A stretch of 64,000 nucleotides of DNA from Alphaproteobacteria bacterium (GCA_964291675.2 OZ219865.1:608001-672000); one strand, 5' to 3'. Counted from the first letter of the stretch, positions 27,639-37,667 are shown. Notes: a model not told the origin generated them from the letters alone. Made by a program: numbers and translations.

Positions 27639-29210
27639 TCACCAGTAGCCGATCAGCGTGCCGTGCTTGTGCGCGCCGTCGGTCCGCGCAAGAACCCGTT
27701 CCGTGGTGATGCCGGTGCGGTTCTTGCGCCGGGAGATGCGCTCGAACAGCGCGCGGTGCAGCTCGTCGCGGATGCCGGCATATCCCGGATCGCGGCCGAG
27801 ATCGACGAACTCGCCGGGGTCGTTGCGGAGATCGAAGAGCAGCGGCTCGAATCCCAGCGCGCAGACGTATTTCCAGTCCTCGGTCCGCAGCATGAACAGC
27901 CGCGCCTCGTGCACATCGACGCCGAGCTCGACGCGGGCCTTGTAGAACGCGTAGTCGAGCTCGCTATAGGCGTGGTCGCGCAGCTCCCCCTGTCCGCCGC
28001 GCAGCCGCCACAGCGCGGACCGGCCCTCGACGACATGGGTCGGGATCTCGATGCCGCAGGCTTCGAGGAAGGTGGGCACGAGGTCGATCGCCTCGATGAA
28101 GCCGCTGTCGGCGGTGCCGCGCGCCGCATCCGCCGCCTTGTCGGGGTCGTAGACGATCAAGGGGATCCGCACGGCCTGCTCGTGGAAAAACTCCTTCTCG
28201 CCGAGCCAGTGATCGCCCAGATAGTCGCCGTGATCGGAGGTGAACACGATCATCGTGTCGTCCATCCGGCCGGTCTCTTCGAGGTACCGGAAGACCCGCC
28301 CGAGGTGGTCGTCGATCTGCTTGATCAGCCCCATATAGGCCGGGATCACGGCCGCGCGCACCTCTTCGCGCGAGAACTCCCTGGACGCGTTGTGGTTCAT
28401 CATCGCGCCATAGACCGGGTGCGGGTCCGCGCGCTCGCGCGCCTCGCGGGAGGCGGCAAGCATGTGGTTGTGGCCGTACATCGCGTGATACGGCGCCGGC
28501 GCGATATAGGGCCAGTGGGGCTTGATGTAGGAGAGGTGGAGGCACCACGGCGCATCGCCCTGCTCGGCGAGGAACCGGAGCGCGCGGTCGGTCATGTAGG
28601 CGGTCTCGGAATGCTCCTCGGCCACCCGGGCGGCGAGCGGCGCGTTGCGCATGTACCAGCCCTCGCGCAGCTCCCCGTCCGGCCCCTCGCCCGAATTGGC
28701 GTAGTCGTTCCACGGGTTCGGGCCCTCGTAGCCCTGCGCGCGGAGATAGCGGTTATAGGGAAGATCGGGGTCGGCCTTGGGGTGCGGGTGCTCGCCGTCG
28801 TCCCGCTCGTAGGGCTCGAAGCCGCATTCCGAGACGAGGAGCCCGCTCTCGGTGTCGGGCGAGAGCCCGACCCGTTCCATCCCGGCAAGGTCGGGCATCA
28901 TGTGGGACTTGCCGACCAGCGCGGTGCGCATCCCGTGCGGGCGCAGGTAGTCGCCGAGCGTGAGCTCGCCGACCGGCAGCGGCACGAAGTTCCAGGTGGC
29001 GCCGTGGCTGAACGAGGTGCGGCCGGTATAGAAGGACATGCGCGACGGACCGCAGACCGGCGCCTGCACATAGGCGCGATCGAAGCGGACGCCCCTGCCG
29101 GCGAGGCCGTCGATATTCGGCGTCTCCAGATAGGGATGGCCGTAGCAGGACAGGTAATCCGCCCGTAGCTGGTCGGCCATGATGAACAGGATATTGCGAA
29201 CCTTGCCCAT
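27639..29210 (-). CDS. Sulfatase / phosphonate monoester hydrolase-like alkaline phosphatase superfamily protein
   Basis: ADQLR, CGPSR (formylglycine motif), GKSH, KPHWP, SDHGD. Confidence 0.88.
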   Translation of the reverse strand: MGKVRNILFIMADQLRADYLSCYGHPYLETPNIDGLAGRGVRFDRAYVQAPVCGPSRMSFYTGRTSFSHGATWNFVPLPVGELTLGDYLRPHGMRTALVGKSHMMPDLAGMERVGLSPDTESGLLVSECGFEPYERDDGEHPHPKADPDLPYNRYLRAQGYEGPNPWNDYANSGEGPDGELREGWYMRNAPLAARVAEEHSETAYMTDRALRFLAEQGDAPWCLHLSYIKPHWPYIAPAPYHAMYGHNHMLAASREARERADPHPVYGAMMNHNASREFSREEVRAAVIPAYMGLIKQIDDHLGRVFRYLEETGRMDDTMIVFTSDHGDYLGDHWLGEKEFFHEQAVRIPLIVYDPDKAADAARGTADSGFIEAIDLVPTFLEACGIEIPTHVVEGRSALWRLRGGQGELRDHAYSELDYAFYKARVELGVDVHEARLFMLRTEDWKYVCALGFEPLLFDLRNDPGEFVDLGRDPGYAGIRDELHRALFERISRRKNRTGITTERVLARTDGAHKHGTLIGYW

Positions 29211-29234
29211 GTCAGCCCCCCGGGGGTTCGGGTT

Positions 29235-29966
29235 TCAGAGATGGCCCTTCATACGGGCTTCCATATAGCGCTCGTAGACCGGCTCCATCGAGGTCTGCCA
29301 GCGTTCGCGCTTGGCGGGATCGAGCGGGGTCAGGTTCACCGTTCGCAGGAGCTTTCGGCGTATCGCGCCCGTCGCCACGTCGACGTCGATGTCGAGAACC
29401 GACAGCCCGCCATAGTCCTGCTCCAGGGCCGGCATGGCGCCGAGACCGGTGCCGGCCGCCCAGCACAGTATGGCCCGGTTGACCGCGTCGTGCCCGACCA
29501 GCAGCAGGCGCCGCCAGCCGGAATCGGCAACCAGCCGCCGGACGGCGGCAAGCACCCGGGACTCGAAATCGGCGAAGCGCTCGCCATGCCCGAACCACGC
29601 CCCGCCCGACGCGGCGCCGTCATAGGCGTGGGCGAGCGCATCGAGCGCCTGCTCGGGGTCGACATCGGCGAACCGGCCGCCGCGGATCTCCGCGAGATCC
29701 GCGTCGTCCTCGATGGCGATGTCGCGGCCGGCAAGAGCCAGCTCCGCGGTCTCGCGGGTGCGCGGCAGGCCGCTGGTCACCGCGCGGTCGATCGCTTCGC
29801 CCTCCAGCAAATCCGCGACCGCCCGAGCCTCCGCCACGCCGCGCTCCGTCAGCCGCACGTTGCGCGGGTTGACCGGCCTGCCGTCGGCGTCGAAATACGA
29901 CACCTCGCCGTGACGCAGCAGGTACACGCGCTTGCGGACAAGCCCCGGCTCCACGGGTGCCTTCAT
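29235..29966 (-). CDS. Histidine phosphatase family protein
   Basis: LLRHGE, SGLPRTRETA, GHDAVN; ATGA overlap with the upstream gene. Confidence 0.85.
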   Translation of the reverse strand: MKAPVEPGLVRKRVYLLRHGEVSYFDADGRPVNPRNVRLTERGVAEARAVADLLEGEAIDRAVTSGLPRTRETAELALAGRDIAIEDDADLAEIRGGRFADVDPEQALDALAHAYDGAASGGAWFGHGERFADFESRVLAAVRRLVADSGWRRLLLVGHDAVNRAILCWAAGTGLGAMPALEQDYGGLSVLDIDVDVATGAIRRKLLRTVNLTPLDPAKRERWQTSMEPVYERYMEARMKGHL

Positions 29967-31063
29967 CGTTCGCCGAGCGGCGGCGCCATGCGAAGCTCGC
30001 CGAGGGCCGCCCTGAAGGCGCGGTCGATGGGCATGGGCAAAGCGGGCATCTCCTCGCCCCGGTCGCTGCCCAGGCGCTCGGCGAACAGGCCGCGCTCGCG
30101 GAAATGCGGATCGGCCAGCGCCTCTTCCAGCGAGCGCACGATGGAACAGCAGCAATCGACCCCGCGAATCCGCTCTTCCCAGTAGGCCGCCGGTCGGGCG
30201 GCGACCAGCGCCGCCACCGCCGCCGCCGTTCCCTCGGGGTCGGCGGCATCGTCCCGCCACTTTTCCTCGAGCCCGACCACCTCGGCGAAGGCCTCCCAGA
30301 ACTGCTGCTCAAGCGGCGCGGCGGCCAGGACCCTGCCGTCCGAAGTCGGGTAGAGCCGGTAGCGCGGCGATCCGCCGGTCAGCAGGTCGCCGCCGTTCTT
30401 CGGCCAGAGCCCCGCGGCCTGGGCGTTGCCGATCGCCCAGAACATGAAGGGGAACAGGTTGTCGGCCATCGCCACGTCGAGCGTGGCCCCTTCGCCCGTG
30501 GCGTCCCGCTGCCTCAGCGCAAGCAGGATGTTGAGCACCGCGGGATAGGCACCGGCGGCGATATCGGCCATCAGCACCGGCGGCACTACGGGGCTGTCCC
30601 CGGGACCCATCGAGAGCGAGAGAACCCCGGTCTCGCCGATATAGTTGAGGTCGTGGGCGGCGATGTCCCGCCTGGCCCCGGTCTGGCCGAACCCGGTGAT
30701 CGAGCAGTAGACGATGCGCGGGTTGACCGCCCGCACCGTCTCGGCGGCGAGACCGAGGCGCGCCATCACGCCGGGGCGGAACTGTTCGACCAGGACGTCG
30801 GCGCGTTCGAGCAGCGGGCGGAGGCGCGCCCGGTCGGAGTCCTGCTTGAGGTCGAGGACCAGCGATTTCTTGCCGCGGTTCAGCATCGCGAAGTTGACGC
30901 TTTCCCCTCCCCATCTGGGGACGTAGCGGCGCATCTCCTCGCCGCCCGGGCGTTCGATCTTGATCACCTCGGCGCCCGCCTCGGCGAGCATCAGCGTCGC
31001 CAGAGGGCCCGGCAGCAGGGTGGAGAAATCGAGCACCAGGAGTCCGTCGAGTGGCGCGCTCAT
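29963..31063 (-). CDS. CaiB/BaiF class III CoA transferase
   Basis: LDFSTLLPGP, GAEVIKIE, NRGKKS..LDLK, QFRPGVM, HDLNY. Confidence 0.92.
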   Translation of the reverse strand: MSAPLDGLLVLDFSTLLPGPLATLMLAEAGAEVIKIERPGGEEMRRYVPRWGGESVNFAMLNRGKKSLVLDLKQDSDRARLRPLLERADVLVEQFRPGVMARLGLAAETVRAVNPRIVYCSITGFGQTGARRDIAAHDLNYIGETGVLSLSMGPGDSPVVPPVLMADIAAGAYPAVLNILLALRQRDATGEGATLDVAMADNLFPFMFWAIGNAQAAGLWPKNGGDLLTGGSPRYRLYPTSDGRVLAAAPLEQQFWEAFAEVVGLEEKWRDDAADPEGTAAAVAALVAARPAAYWEERIRGVDCCCSIVRSLEEALADPHFRERGLFAERLGSDRGEEMPALPMPIDRAFRAALGELRMAPPLGER

Positions 31064-31695
31064 CTTCTCTCCGAGCGCGCGGCGGCAACGCTCGCGGCGC
31101 GCGCCGGCGCATCGCCCGGCTGGCCGCTGGCGGCGAACAGCGCCGTGCAGACCGCATGGTGCCAGGCGAGCCCGCCGCGCACGGCGCGCTCGACCGGACC
31201 GTCGGGGTAACCGAGGCCGAGCCGGCAGGCGAGGTCCATGTCTTCCGCCTTCGCGAGCCCGTCGTCGAGCAGGCGGAGCGAAGCGTTGTATTTCGGCCGC
31301 ACCAGCCGGTCGACGATGCGCCCCACCCGGTCGGCGGAAACCGCGACGACGAGCCCGGCTTCCTCGAACACCGCGCGCGCCGCCCCCAGCGCCCGCTCGT
31401 CCGTGTTGGGTTGGCGCACCAGCTCGACGAGCCCGGACGGCGGGTCGTCGCCATTGCGATAGCGCGCGAAGCCGAGAACGTTCGAGCCCTCCTCCCCCGC
31501 CGCCTCCCCGGTGTGGACGCCGAGGCACTCGGTGCCGAGCTCGACCAGGATCGCGGTCTTGGACGGGTCGGGCTCGCAAGGCGCGCCGAGAAGGACGATC
31601 ACCTCCGCGTCGGGGACCGCGGCGGCGAGGAACGGATCGCCGTCGGGGAAGGAGCGGCTCTCGCCGTTCCGGCGAATCGCATAGGCCATGGTCAT
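31060..31695 (-). CDS. 3-hydroxyacyl-CoA dehydrogenase C-terminal-type domain protein
   Basis: DRVGRIVDRL...DGLA..EDMDLACRLGLGYPDGP dimerisation-domain motif; no GxGxxG. Confidence 0.75.
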   Translation of the reverse strand: MTMAYAIRRNGESRSFPDGDPFLAAAVPDAEVIVLLGAPCEPDPSKTAILVELGTECLGVHTGEAAGEEGSNVLGFARYRNGDDPPSGLVELVRQPNTDERALGAARAVFEEAGLVVAVSADRVGRIVDRLVRPKYNASLRLLDDGLAKAEDMDLACRLGLGYPDGPVERAVRGGLAWHHAVCTALFAASGQPGDAPARAASVAAARSERR

Positions 31696-32570
31696 GCCCC
31701 GAACATCCGGCTGTCCTCGTAGTCGTGGAAGCCGCGGCCGGATTTTCGGCCCAGCCGCCCCGCCGCGACCATCCGGCGCAGCAGCGGCGGCGCCGCGGCG
31801 CGGGGGTCGAGGGTGATCGGATAGAACGCCTCGGACAGCAGGATCTGGGTATCCAGCCCGATCAGGTCGATCAGCTCGAGCGGACCCATCCTGTAGCCCA
31901 GCGCCGTCTTGATCGCGGTGTCGATGTCGGCCGGGCTGGCGACGCCCGCCTCGACCGCGCGGATCGCATCGTTGTTGAACGGGACCAGCAGCGCGTTGAG
32001 GATGAAGCCCGGGCGGTCCTGCGTGCGCACCGGGGTCTGCCCCGCCGCCTCGGTCCACGCCCAGGCGGCCTCGAAGGCCTCGTCCGAGGTGTTCAGCCCG
32101 GGCGACATCTCGATCAGCTTCATGAGCTGGGCGGGCAGGCAGAAATGCATGCCCACCACGCGGTCCTCGCGACCGCAGCCGGACGCGATCTGGGTGATCG
32201 ACAGGGTCGAGGTGTTGGACGCGAAAATCGTCCCGTCCTTGCAGACCGGGTCCAGCGCCCGGAACAGCGCCTGCTTGGTGGGCAGGTCCTCGAACACGGC
32301 CTCGACGACGAGATCGCAGTCGCCCAGCCCTTCGAGCTCTTTGACGGGTGCGAGGCGGTCGAGCGCCGCCTTGCGTTGTTCCTCCGTCATGCGGCCGCGC
32401 TCGACCGAGCGGGCGAAGAAGGAGGCGGTCTGCGAAGCAGCGCGCGCGAGACCGTCCCCGTCGACGTCGTAACAGACGGTGTCGAACCCGGCGCGCGCCG
32501 AGACGATGGCGATCCCCGCCCCCATCGTGCCCGCGGCGCCGCACACGCCGATCTTGCGGATCGCGCTCAT
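31692..32570 (-). CDS. 3-hydroxyacyl-CoA dehydrogenase
   Basis: GAAGTMGAGI, EAVFEDL, ASNTSTL, GMHF, PGFILN, MGPLELIDLIGLD. Confidence 0.92.
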   Translation of the reverse strand: MSAIRKIGVCGAAGTMGAGIAIVSARAGFDTVCYDVDGDGLARAASQTASFFARSVERGRMTEEQRKAALDRLAPVKELEGLGDCDLVVEAVFEDLPTKQALFRALDPVCKDGTIFASNTSTLSITQIASGCGREDRVVGMHFCLPAQLMKLIEMSPGLNTSDEAFEAAWAWTEAAGQTPVRTQDRPGFILNALLVPFNNDAIRAVEAGVASPADIDTAIKTALGYRMGPLELIDLIGLDTQILLSEAFYPITLDPRAAAPPLLRRMVAAGRLGRKSGRGFHDYEDSRMFGA

Positions 32571-33733
32571 CGCCGGGCGAAGCTCCGGCCGACGAACTGG
32601 CGGTGGACCTGGTTGGTGCCCTCCCAGATCTGGGTGATCTTGGCATCGCGCATCAGCCGTTCCACCCGGAAGTCCTTGCAATACCCGTAGCCGCCATGCA
32701 TCTGCACGGCCTCGGTGGTCATCCGCATGGCGAGGTCGGAGGCGCGGAGCTTGGCGATCGACGCCTCGACGCCGTAATCCCCGGCGCCGCCGTCGACCAG
32801 CCGGCCGACATGGTCGATCCATGCCTTGACCAGAGCGAGCTCGGCGGCGAGGTCGGCGAGCATGAACTGGTTGCCCTGGAAATCGACGATGCGCCGCCCC
32901 GACTGCCGGCGGTCGTTCATGAAGGTCACCATGTCCTTGAACGCCGCATCGGCGATGCCGAGCGCGTGGCATGCGATGCTCGGCCGCGACTTGTTGAGCG
33001 AGAGCAGAAGCAGGGAGAGTCCCTCCCCCGGCTCGCCCACCAGATTGGCGCGCGGCACCCGGCAGCCGTCGAACGAGAGCACCGCGGTCGACGAGGCGCG
33101 GATTCCCATCTTGTCCTCGGTGCGTTCGACGGTGAACCCGGGCGCTCCCTTCTCCAGCACCAGGGCGGTGATCGCGCCCCGGTCGTCGTCGATCTCCGAC
33201 CACTTGCCGAACAGGAGGATCAGATCGGCCACGTCGCCCGAGGTGATGAAGATCTTGCCGCCGTCGATCGCCACCTCGTCGCCGTCCGGGGCGAAGCGTG
33301 TCTTCATCCCCGTGGCGTCGGAGCCGGCGTCGGGCTCGGTGATCGCGAGCGCGCAGATCGCACCTTCGGCCACGCGCGGCATGATCCGCGATTTGAGCTC
33401 TTCGGAGCCGAAATCGATCACCGGTCCCATGGCGTGGAAACAGGTGCCGTAGACGATCCCGGTCGCCGCGCAGGCCTCCGAGATCAGCTTCATGCATTCG
33501 AGATAGACGCGGTACGACATCGGCGCGCCGCCACAGGCGGCGGGAACGAAGATCGCGTTGAGCCCGAGCGCCCGGATCGCCTCGACATTCTCCCACGGGA
33601 AGGCGGCCTCGCGGTCGAAGCGCTCGGCGTTGGGCGCGATCACCTCGTCGGCGAGGCGGGAGACCTGGTCGAGGAGAATGCGCTCCTCTTCGGACCAGCC
33701 GCGCGACTCGTCGAACCGGTCGAAGACCCGCAT
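32567..33733 (-). CDS. Acyl-CoA dehydrogenase
   Basis: TEPDAGSD, GGKIFIT, KMGIRAS, GGYGY, RDAKITQIWEGTNQ. Confidence 0.93.
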   Translation of the reverse strand: MRVFDRFDESRGWSEEERILLDQVSRLADEVIAPNAERFDREAAFPWENVEAIRALGLNAIFVPAACGGAPMSYRVYLECMKLISEACAATGIVYGTCFHAMGPVIDFGSEELKSRIMPRVAEGAICALAITEPDAGSDATGMKTRFAPDGDEVAIDGGKIFITSGDVADLILLFGKWSEIDDDRGAITALVLEKGAPGFTVERTEDKMGIRASSTAVLSFDGCRVPRANLVGEPGEGLSLLLLSLNKSRPSIACHALGIADAAFKDMVTFMNDRRQSGRRIVDFQGNQFMLADLAAELALVKAWIDHVGRLVDGGAGDYGVEASIAKLRASDLAMRMTTEAVQMHGGYGYCKDFRVERLMRDAKITQIWEGTNQVHRQFVGRSFARR

Positions 33734-34443
33734 CAGTGGTTCACCCCGTGCCCGCCGTCGAGATAGATGGTCTCGCCGGTGAGATAGGGCATGCGCATGG
33801 CGAACAGCGCGGCCACCAGGCTCCCGACCTCCTCCGGCGTGCCGGTCCGGCCGGCCGGGATGCGCCGTTCGAGCCAGCGCTTGACCGAATCGCGCTGCAT
33901 GAACTCGCGGTTGAAGTCGGTCTCGATATAGCCCGGCGCCACGTTGACCACCGAGATCCCGTCCTCCGCCCATTCGACGGCGAGGCAGCGCGTGATCGCG
34001 CCGACCGCTGCCTTGGACGCGCAATAGGCCACGTGCTCTCTCACGCCGAGCTTGTCGAACACCGAGCCCATATTGACGATCAGCCCGCCGCCGCTCCGCG
34101 TGAGCAGCGCATGCGCCTCGCGCGAGGCGACCACCACGGCGGTCGCGTTCAGCGTCATCACGCGCTCGTAATCGGCGACGTCGATCTCGGCGCTCACCGA
34201 CTGGCCGTGCGCGCCGGCGTTGTTGACCAGCCCGACCACGGGCTCCGGTTCGGCGGCGAGCCGCGCGAACACCTCCTTGACCGCCGACTCGTCGGTCATG
34301 TCGCAGACCATGCCGCGCCCGACCGGGCTGGCGCCGGTCCTGGACAGGCCGACGACCGCGTACCCGGCCGCATCCAGCGCCGTCGCGGTCGCGGCGCCGA
34401 GCCCCTTGCTCGCGCCGGTGACGATGATCCGGCCCTCAGCCAT
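33733..34443 (-). CDS. SDR family oxidoreductase
   Basis: TGASKGLG, NNAG, YCASK, APGYIET. Confidence 0.92.
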   Translation of the reverse strand: MAEGRIIVTGASKGLGAATATALDAAGYAVVGLSRTGASPVGRGMVCDMTDESAVKEVFARLAAEPEPVVGLVNNAGAHGQSVSAEIDVADYERVMTLNATAVVVASREAHALLTRSGGGLIVNMGSVFDKLGVREHVAYCASKAAVGAITRCLAVEWAEDGISVVNVAPGYIETDFNREFMQRDSVKRWLERRIPAGRTGTPEEVGSLVAALFAMRMPYLTGETIYLDGGHGVNH

Positions 34444-35203
34444 CCCTGAAGCCGGGCTTCCGTTTTTCCTCGAACGCCGCCATGCCCTCGTCGGCGTCTT
34501 CGGTGCGGTAGGCAAGCGTCGACAGGTCCGCCTCGATCTTCAGCCCCTCGCCGACCGGGTTGTCGAGCGAGCGCTGCACCGCCTCGCGGGCGTAGCGCAG
34601 GATGGGCAGGCTGTAGCCGGTGAACTGGCGCGCAAACGCGAGCCCGGCCTCGATCAGGTCTCCTTCGGCGATGCGGTTGACCAGGCCGATGCGTTCGGCT
34701 TCGGCGGCGTCGATCGTGCGCCCGGTGAGGATCATGTCGAGCGCGCGCGACTCGCCGATCAGCCGCGGCAGGCGCTGGGTGCCGCCATAGCCCGGAATCA
34801 GCCCCAGCTTCACCTCCGGCATGCCCATCTTCGCGCCCGGCCCGGCGATGCGGAAGGTCGAGGCGAGCGCGATCTCCAGCCCGCCGCCGAAGGCGTAGCC
34901 GTTGATCAGCGCGATGGACGGGATCGGCAATGTGTCGAGCTTCGCCAGCGTCCGTTGCCCGAGCTCGGTGGCGGTCTTCTCCTCGTGGACATTGCGGTGG
35001 CGCAGCTCCTTGATGTCGGCGCCGGCGCAGAACGCGCGCTCGCCCGCCCCGGTGATCAGCAGCACCCGGGCATCGCCCGACGCCGCCTCCTCGAACGCCT
35101 CGCCGAGCTCGCGGATGATGGCAAAGGAGAGCGCGTTGAGGGCCTCGGGGCGGTTCAGCACGATCAGCGCCGCCTCCTCCCTCCGCGTCAGCTCGACGGT
35201 CAT
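34436..35203 (-). CDS. Enoyl-CoA hydratase/isomerase
   Basis: LNRPEALNAL, FCAGADI, GGGLE, PEVKLG.IPG.GGTQRL. Confidence 0.93.
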   Translation of the reverse strand: MTVELTRREEAALIVLNRPEALNALSFAIIRELGEAFEEAASGDARVLLITGAGERAFCAGADIKELRHRNVHEEKTATELGQRTLAKLDTLPIPSIALINGYAFGGGLEIALASTFRIAGPGAKMGMPEVKLGLIPGYGGTQRLPRLIGESRALDMILTGRTIDAAEAERIGLVNRIAEGDLIEAGLAFARQFTGYSLPILRYAREAVQRSLDNPVGEGLKIEADLSTLAYRTEDADEGMAAFEEKRKPGFRDG

Positions 35204-36825
35204 TGCGCGGCCTCCGCCTTGGGATCGAAGCGCACCGGGTCCGGCCGGATGGCGCCGTTCTTCGCCATCTCCACGAGCTCGCGCTTGAGGATCTTGCCGC
35301 TCGCGGTCAGGGGAAAGGCGTCCATCCGGATGAAATACTCCGGCATGTCATAGCGCGACAGCCCCTCGGCATGAAGATGCGAGAGCAGCGATTCCGCCTG
35401 GATGCCGCCGATCACCGCGATGCAGCCCTTCTCGCCCAGCCGTTCGTCGGGGACCGGGAACACGGCCACCCGCTCGACCTCGTCGTGGCGCACCGCCAGC
35501 GCCTCGATCTCGGACGGGTAGATGTTGTGCCCGCCCCGGATGATCAAATCCTTGAGCCGCCCGTCGATCGACAGGTTGCCGTCGCCGTCGAGCGAGCCGA
35601 GATCGCCGGAGAGGAACCACCCCGAGGCGTTGAAGCTCTCCTCGGTCGCCTCCTGGTTGGCGAAATAGCCCAGCATCAGGGCACCGCCGCGCCCGGCGAT
35701 CTGCCCGCTGATCCCGGTTCCGACCGGCTTGTCGGGGTCCGCCATGTCGAAGATCGCCACCTCATAGGCCTTCCCGCCGCGCCCGCAGGTGCGGGTGACG
35801 GTCCCGGCGTCGTCGCCGGGATGGGTGAAGTGGTGGGACGAATTCTCGGTCATGCCGTAGATGTTCTGCGGCGCGATGCCCTGGGCGACGAAGGCCTCGC
35901 AGACCACCGGCGGGATCGGCGCGCCCGCCATGTAAAAGATCTCGACCGCCCCGATCCGCGCGAGCCCCCGCGCGCGCTGCTCGGCGAGCACGTCCATCGC
36001 GTGCGTCGGCACGCCCATCACGTAGGTCGCGCCGGTCTCGGCGATCCAGTCGATCTTGTCGACGCCCGCCGGGCGGTCGTCGGCGATGAACTCGCAGCCG
36101 GCGAGCGCCCACTGCGCCGCGCCGACCCAGGCGATGTGGTGCGAGAGCGGGCTGAGGGAGAGCAGCCTGGTATCCGGTCCGATGCGCCAGATGTCGACCA
36201 TGTCGCGCGCATTGGCGAACAGGGTGTTGTCGGAATGCATGACGCATTTCGGCATCCCGGTGGTGCCGGAGGTGAAGGCGAGATAGGCGACCTTGTCGGG
36301 ATCGGCGACGGGCTCGCTCTTCGGTCGCGCGCCGGGGCCGGCGACGCGCCCCTCCGGCTCGACCGCCTTCAGGTGATCGATGCCCCCGAGCAGCGCTTCG
36401 AGCCCGCCTTCCGCGCGGTCGGCGCCCCAGCCGGGCTCGCTGAAGAACGCCGCCGATTTGAGCCGCTTGAGCAGCGTCACGACCTCGGCGCAGGTATGGG
36501 TGCGGTGCAGCGTCGGGTTGCAGGCATAGCCCTGGCGCGAGCAGGCGAGCAGCAGGATCACCGTCTCCATCGCATTGCCGCGCCAGATCGAGACCCGGTC
36601 CCCCTCGACCAGCCCGCGCGCTTCGAGGTCGGCGGCCACCCCTTCGGTCCAGAGCTTGACCTCGCGCCAGCTCAGCCGACGCGTGCCGTCGCGCAGCGCC
36701 GGCGCATCGCCGTTCTCCGCGGCATGGCGCTCCAGCAGGCTGTAGAACGTGTCCCCGCGCCACACCCCGGTGTCGTAGTAGCGCCCGGCCGCGCGCGGCG
36801 TATGCAGTGTCAGGAAGGCGCGCAT
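35200..36825 (-). CDS. Acyl-CoA synthetase (cyclohexanecarboxylate-CoA ligase-like)
   Basis: FTSGTTGMPK, YGMTE, GDLG, GRLKDLIIRGG, TASGKILK. Confidence 0.9.
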   Translation of the reverse strand: MRAFLTLHTPRAAGRYYDTGVWRGDTFYSLLERHAAENGDAPALRDGTRRLSWREVKLWTEGVAADLEARGLVEGDRVSIWRGNAMETVILLLACSRQGYACNPTLHRTHTCAEVVTLLKRLKSAAFFSEPGWGADRAEGGLEALLGGIDHLKAVEPEGRVAGPGARPKSEPVADPDKVAYLAFTSGTTGMPKCVMHSDNTLFANARDMVDIWRIGPDTRLLSLSPLSHHIAWVGAAQWALAGCEFIADDRPAGVDKIDWIAETGATYVMGVPTHAMDVLAEQRARGLARIGAVEIFYMAGAPIPPVVCEAFVAQGIAPQNIYGMTENSSHHFTHPGDDAGTVTRTCGRGGKAYEVAIFDMADPDKPVGTGISGQIAGRGGALMLGYFANQEATEESFNASGWFLSGDLGSLDGDGNLSIDGRLKDLIIRGGHNIYPSEIEALAVRHDEVERVAVFPVPDERLGEKGCIAVIGGIQAESLLSHLHAEGLSRYDMPEYFIRMDAFPLTASGKILKRELVEMAKNGAIRPDPVRFDPKAEAAQ

Positions 36826-36833
36826 CCGCCGAT

Positions 36834-37613
36834 CTAGTGTCCGAAGCGGTCGGGGTCGGGCGAACGGCGTTCGCGGAAGGCGCCGCCGAGCTCCTTGGAC
36901 TCCTCGCTGTCGAGATAGCCCGGGAGCAGCAAATCGTGGGCCATGCGGGCGAGACCGGAAACGCCGCCGTGGCGCGCGTTGAACGCGCCCTTGATCGAGG
37001 CGAGCGCGAACGAGCCGCGCTCGGCCACTTCGAGGGCGTATTCCCTTGTCCGTTCGGCGAGCTCGCCATCCGGCACGACGCGGTTGATCAGCCCCATCTG
37101 GAGCGCCTCGGCCGCGTCGATCCGGCGATTGGTGTACCAAATCTCCTTGGCCCGCTTCTTGCCGACCAGGTCCTCCAGATACCAGGTGCCGTAGCCGGCA
37201 TCGAACGAGCCCATCATCGGCCCGACCTGGCGGAACACCGCGCTCTCCTTGGCGATCGTCAGGTCGCAGACCATCTGCAGCACGTTGCCGCCGCCGACCG
37301 CGTAGCCGTTGACGCTCGCGATCACCGGCTTCTGCAGCTTGTCGATCGCCTCGTACATTTCGAGCGTGGGCAACATGCCGGCATAGAGCCGCGTCGGCTC
37401 GGCGCCGTCCTTGCGCCCGCCGATGCAGAAGAAGCGGTCGCCCGCGCCGGTCAGCACGACCACCCGGGTCCGGGTCTCGCGGCGGATCGCGTTGATGCAA
37501 TCGCGGACCTCGTGGCAGGTCTCGATGGTGAACATGTTTCCGTCGTCGGGACGGTTGAGGGTGACGGTCCCGATCGGGCCGTCCTCTTCATAGAGGATCG
37601 TCCGGTAGCTCAC
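36834..37613 (-). CDS. MenB/BadI-like crotonase (ring-cleaving CoA hydrolase)
   Basis: FCIGG, GYAVGGGNVL, QVGP.MGSFDAGYG, KKRAKEIW; GTG start overlaps a TGA. Confidence 0.85.
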   Translation of the reverse strand: MSYRTILYEEDGPIGTVTLNRPDDGNMFTIETCHEVRDCINAIRRETRTRVVVLTGAGDRFFCIGGRKDGAEPTRLYAGMLPTLEMYEAIDKLQKPVIASVNGYAVGGGNVLQMVCDLTIAKESAVFRQVGPMMGSFDAGYGTWYLEDLVGKKRAKEIWYTNRRIDAAEALQMGLINRVVPDGELAERTREYALEVAERGSFALASIKGAFNARHGGVSGLARMAHDLLLPGYLDSEESKELGGAFRERRSPDPDRFGH

Positions 37614-37667
37614 TCTGGCGCCTCGTCCTTCGTGGGGCGCGCATGTTTACGCGAAAGCCCGGCGATG

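Noticed and set aside
36834-37613. menB (menaquinone synthesis)
   Set aside because: No other men genes nearby; the beta-oxidation context fits a BadI-like hydrolase, so no gene symbol was assigned.
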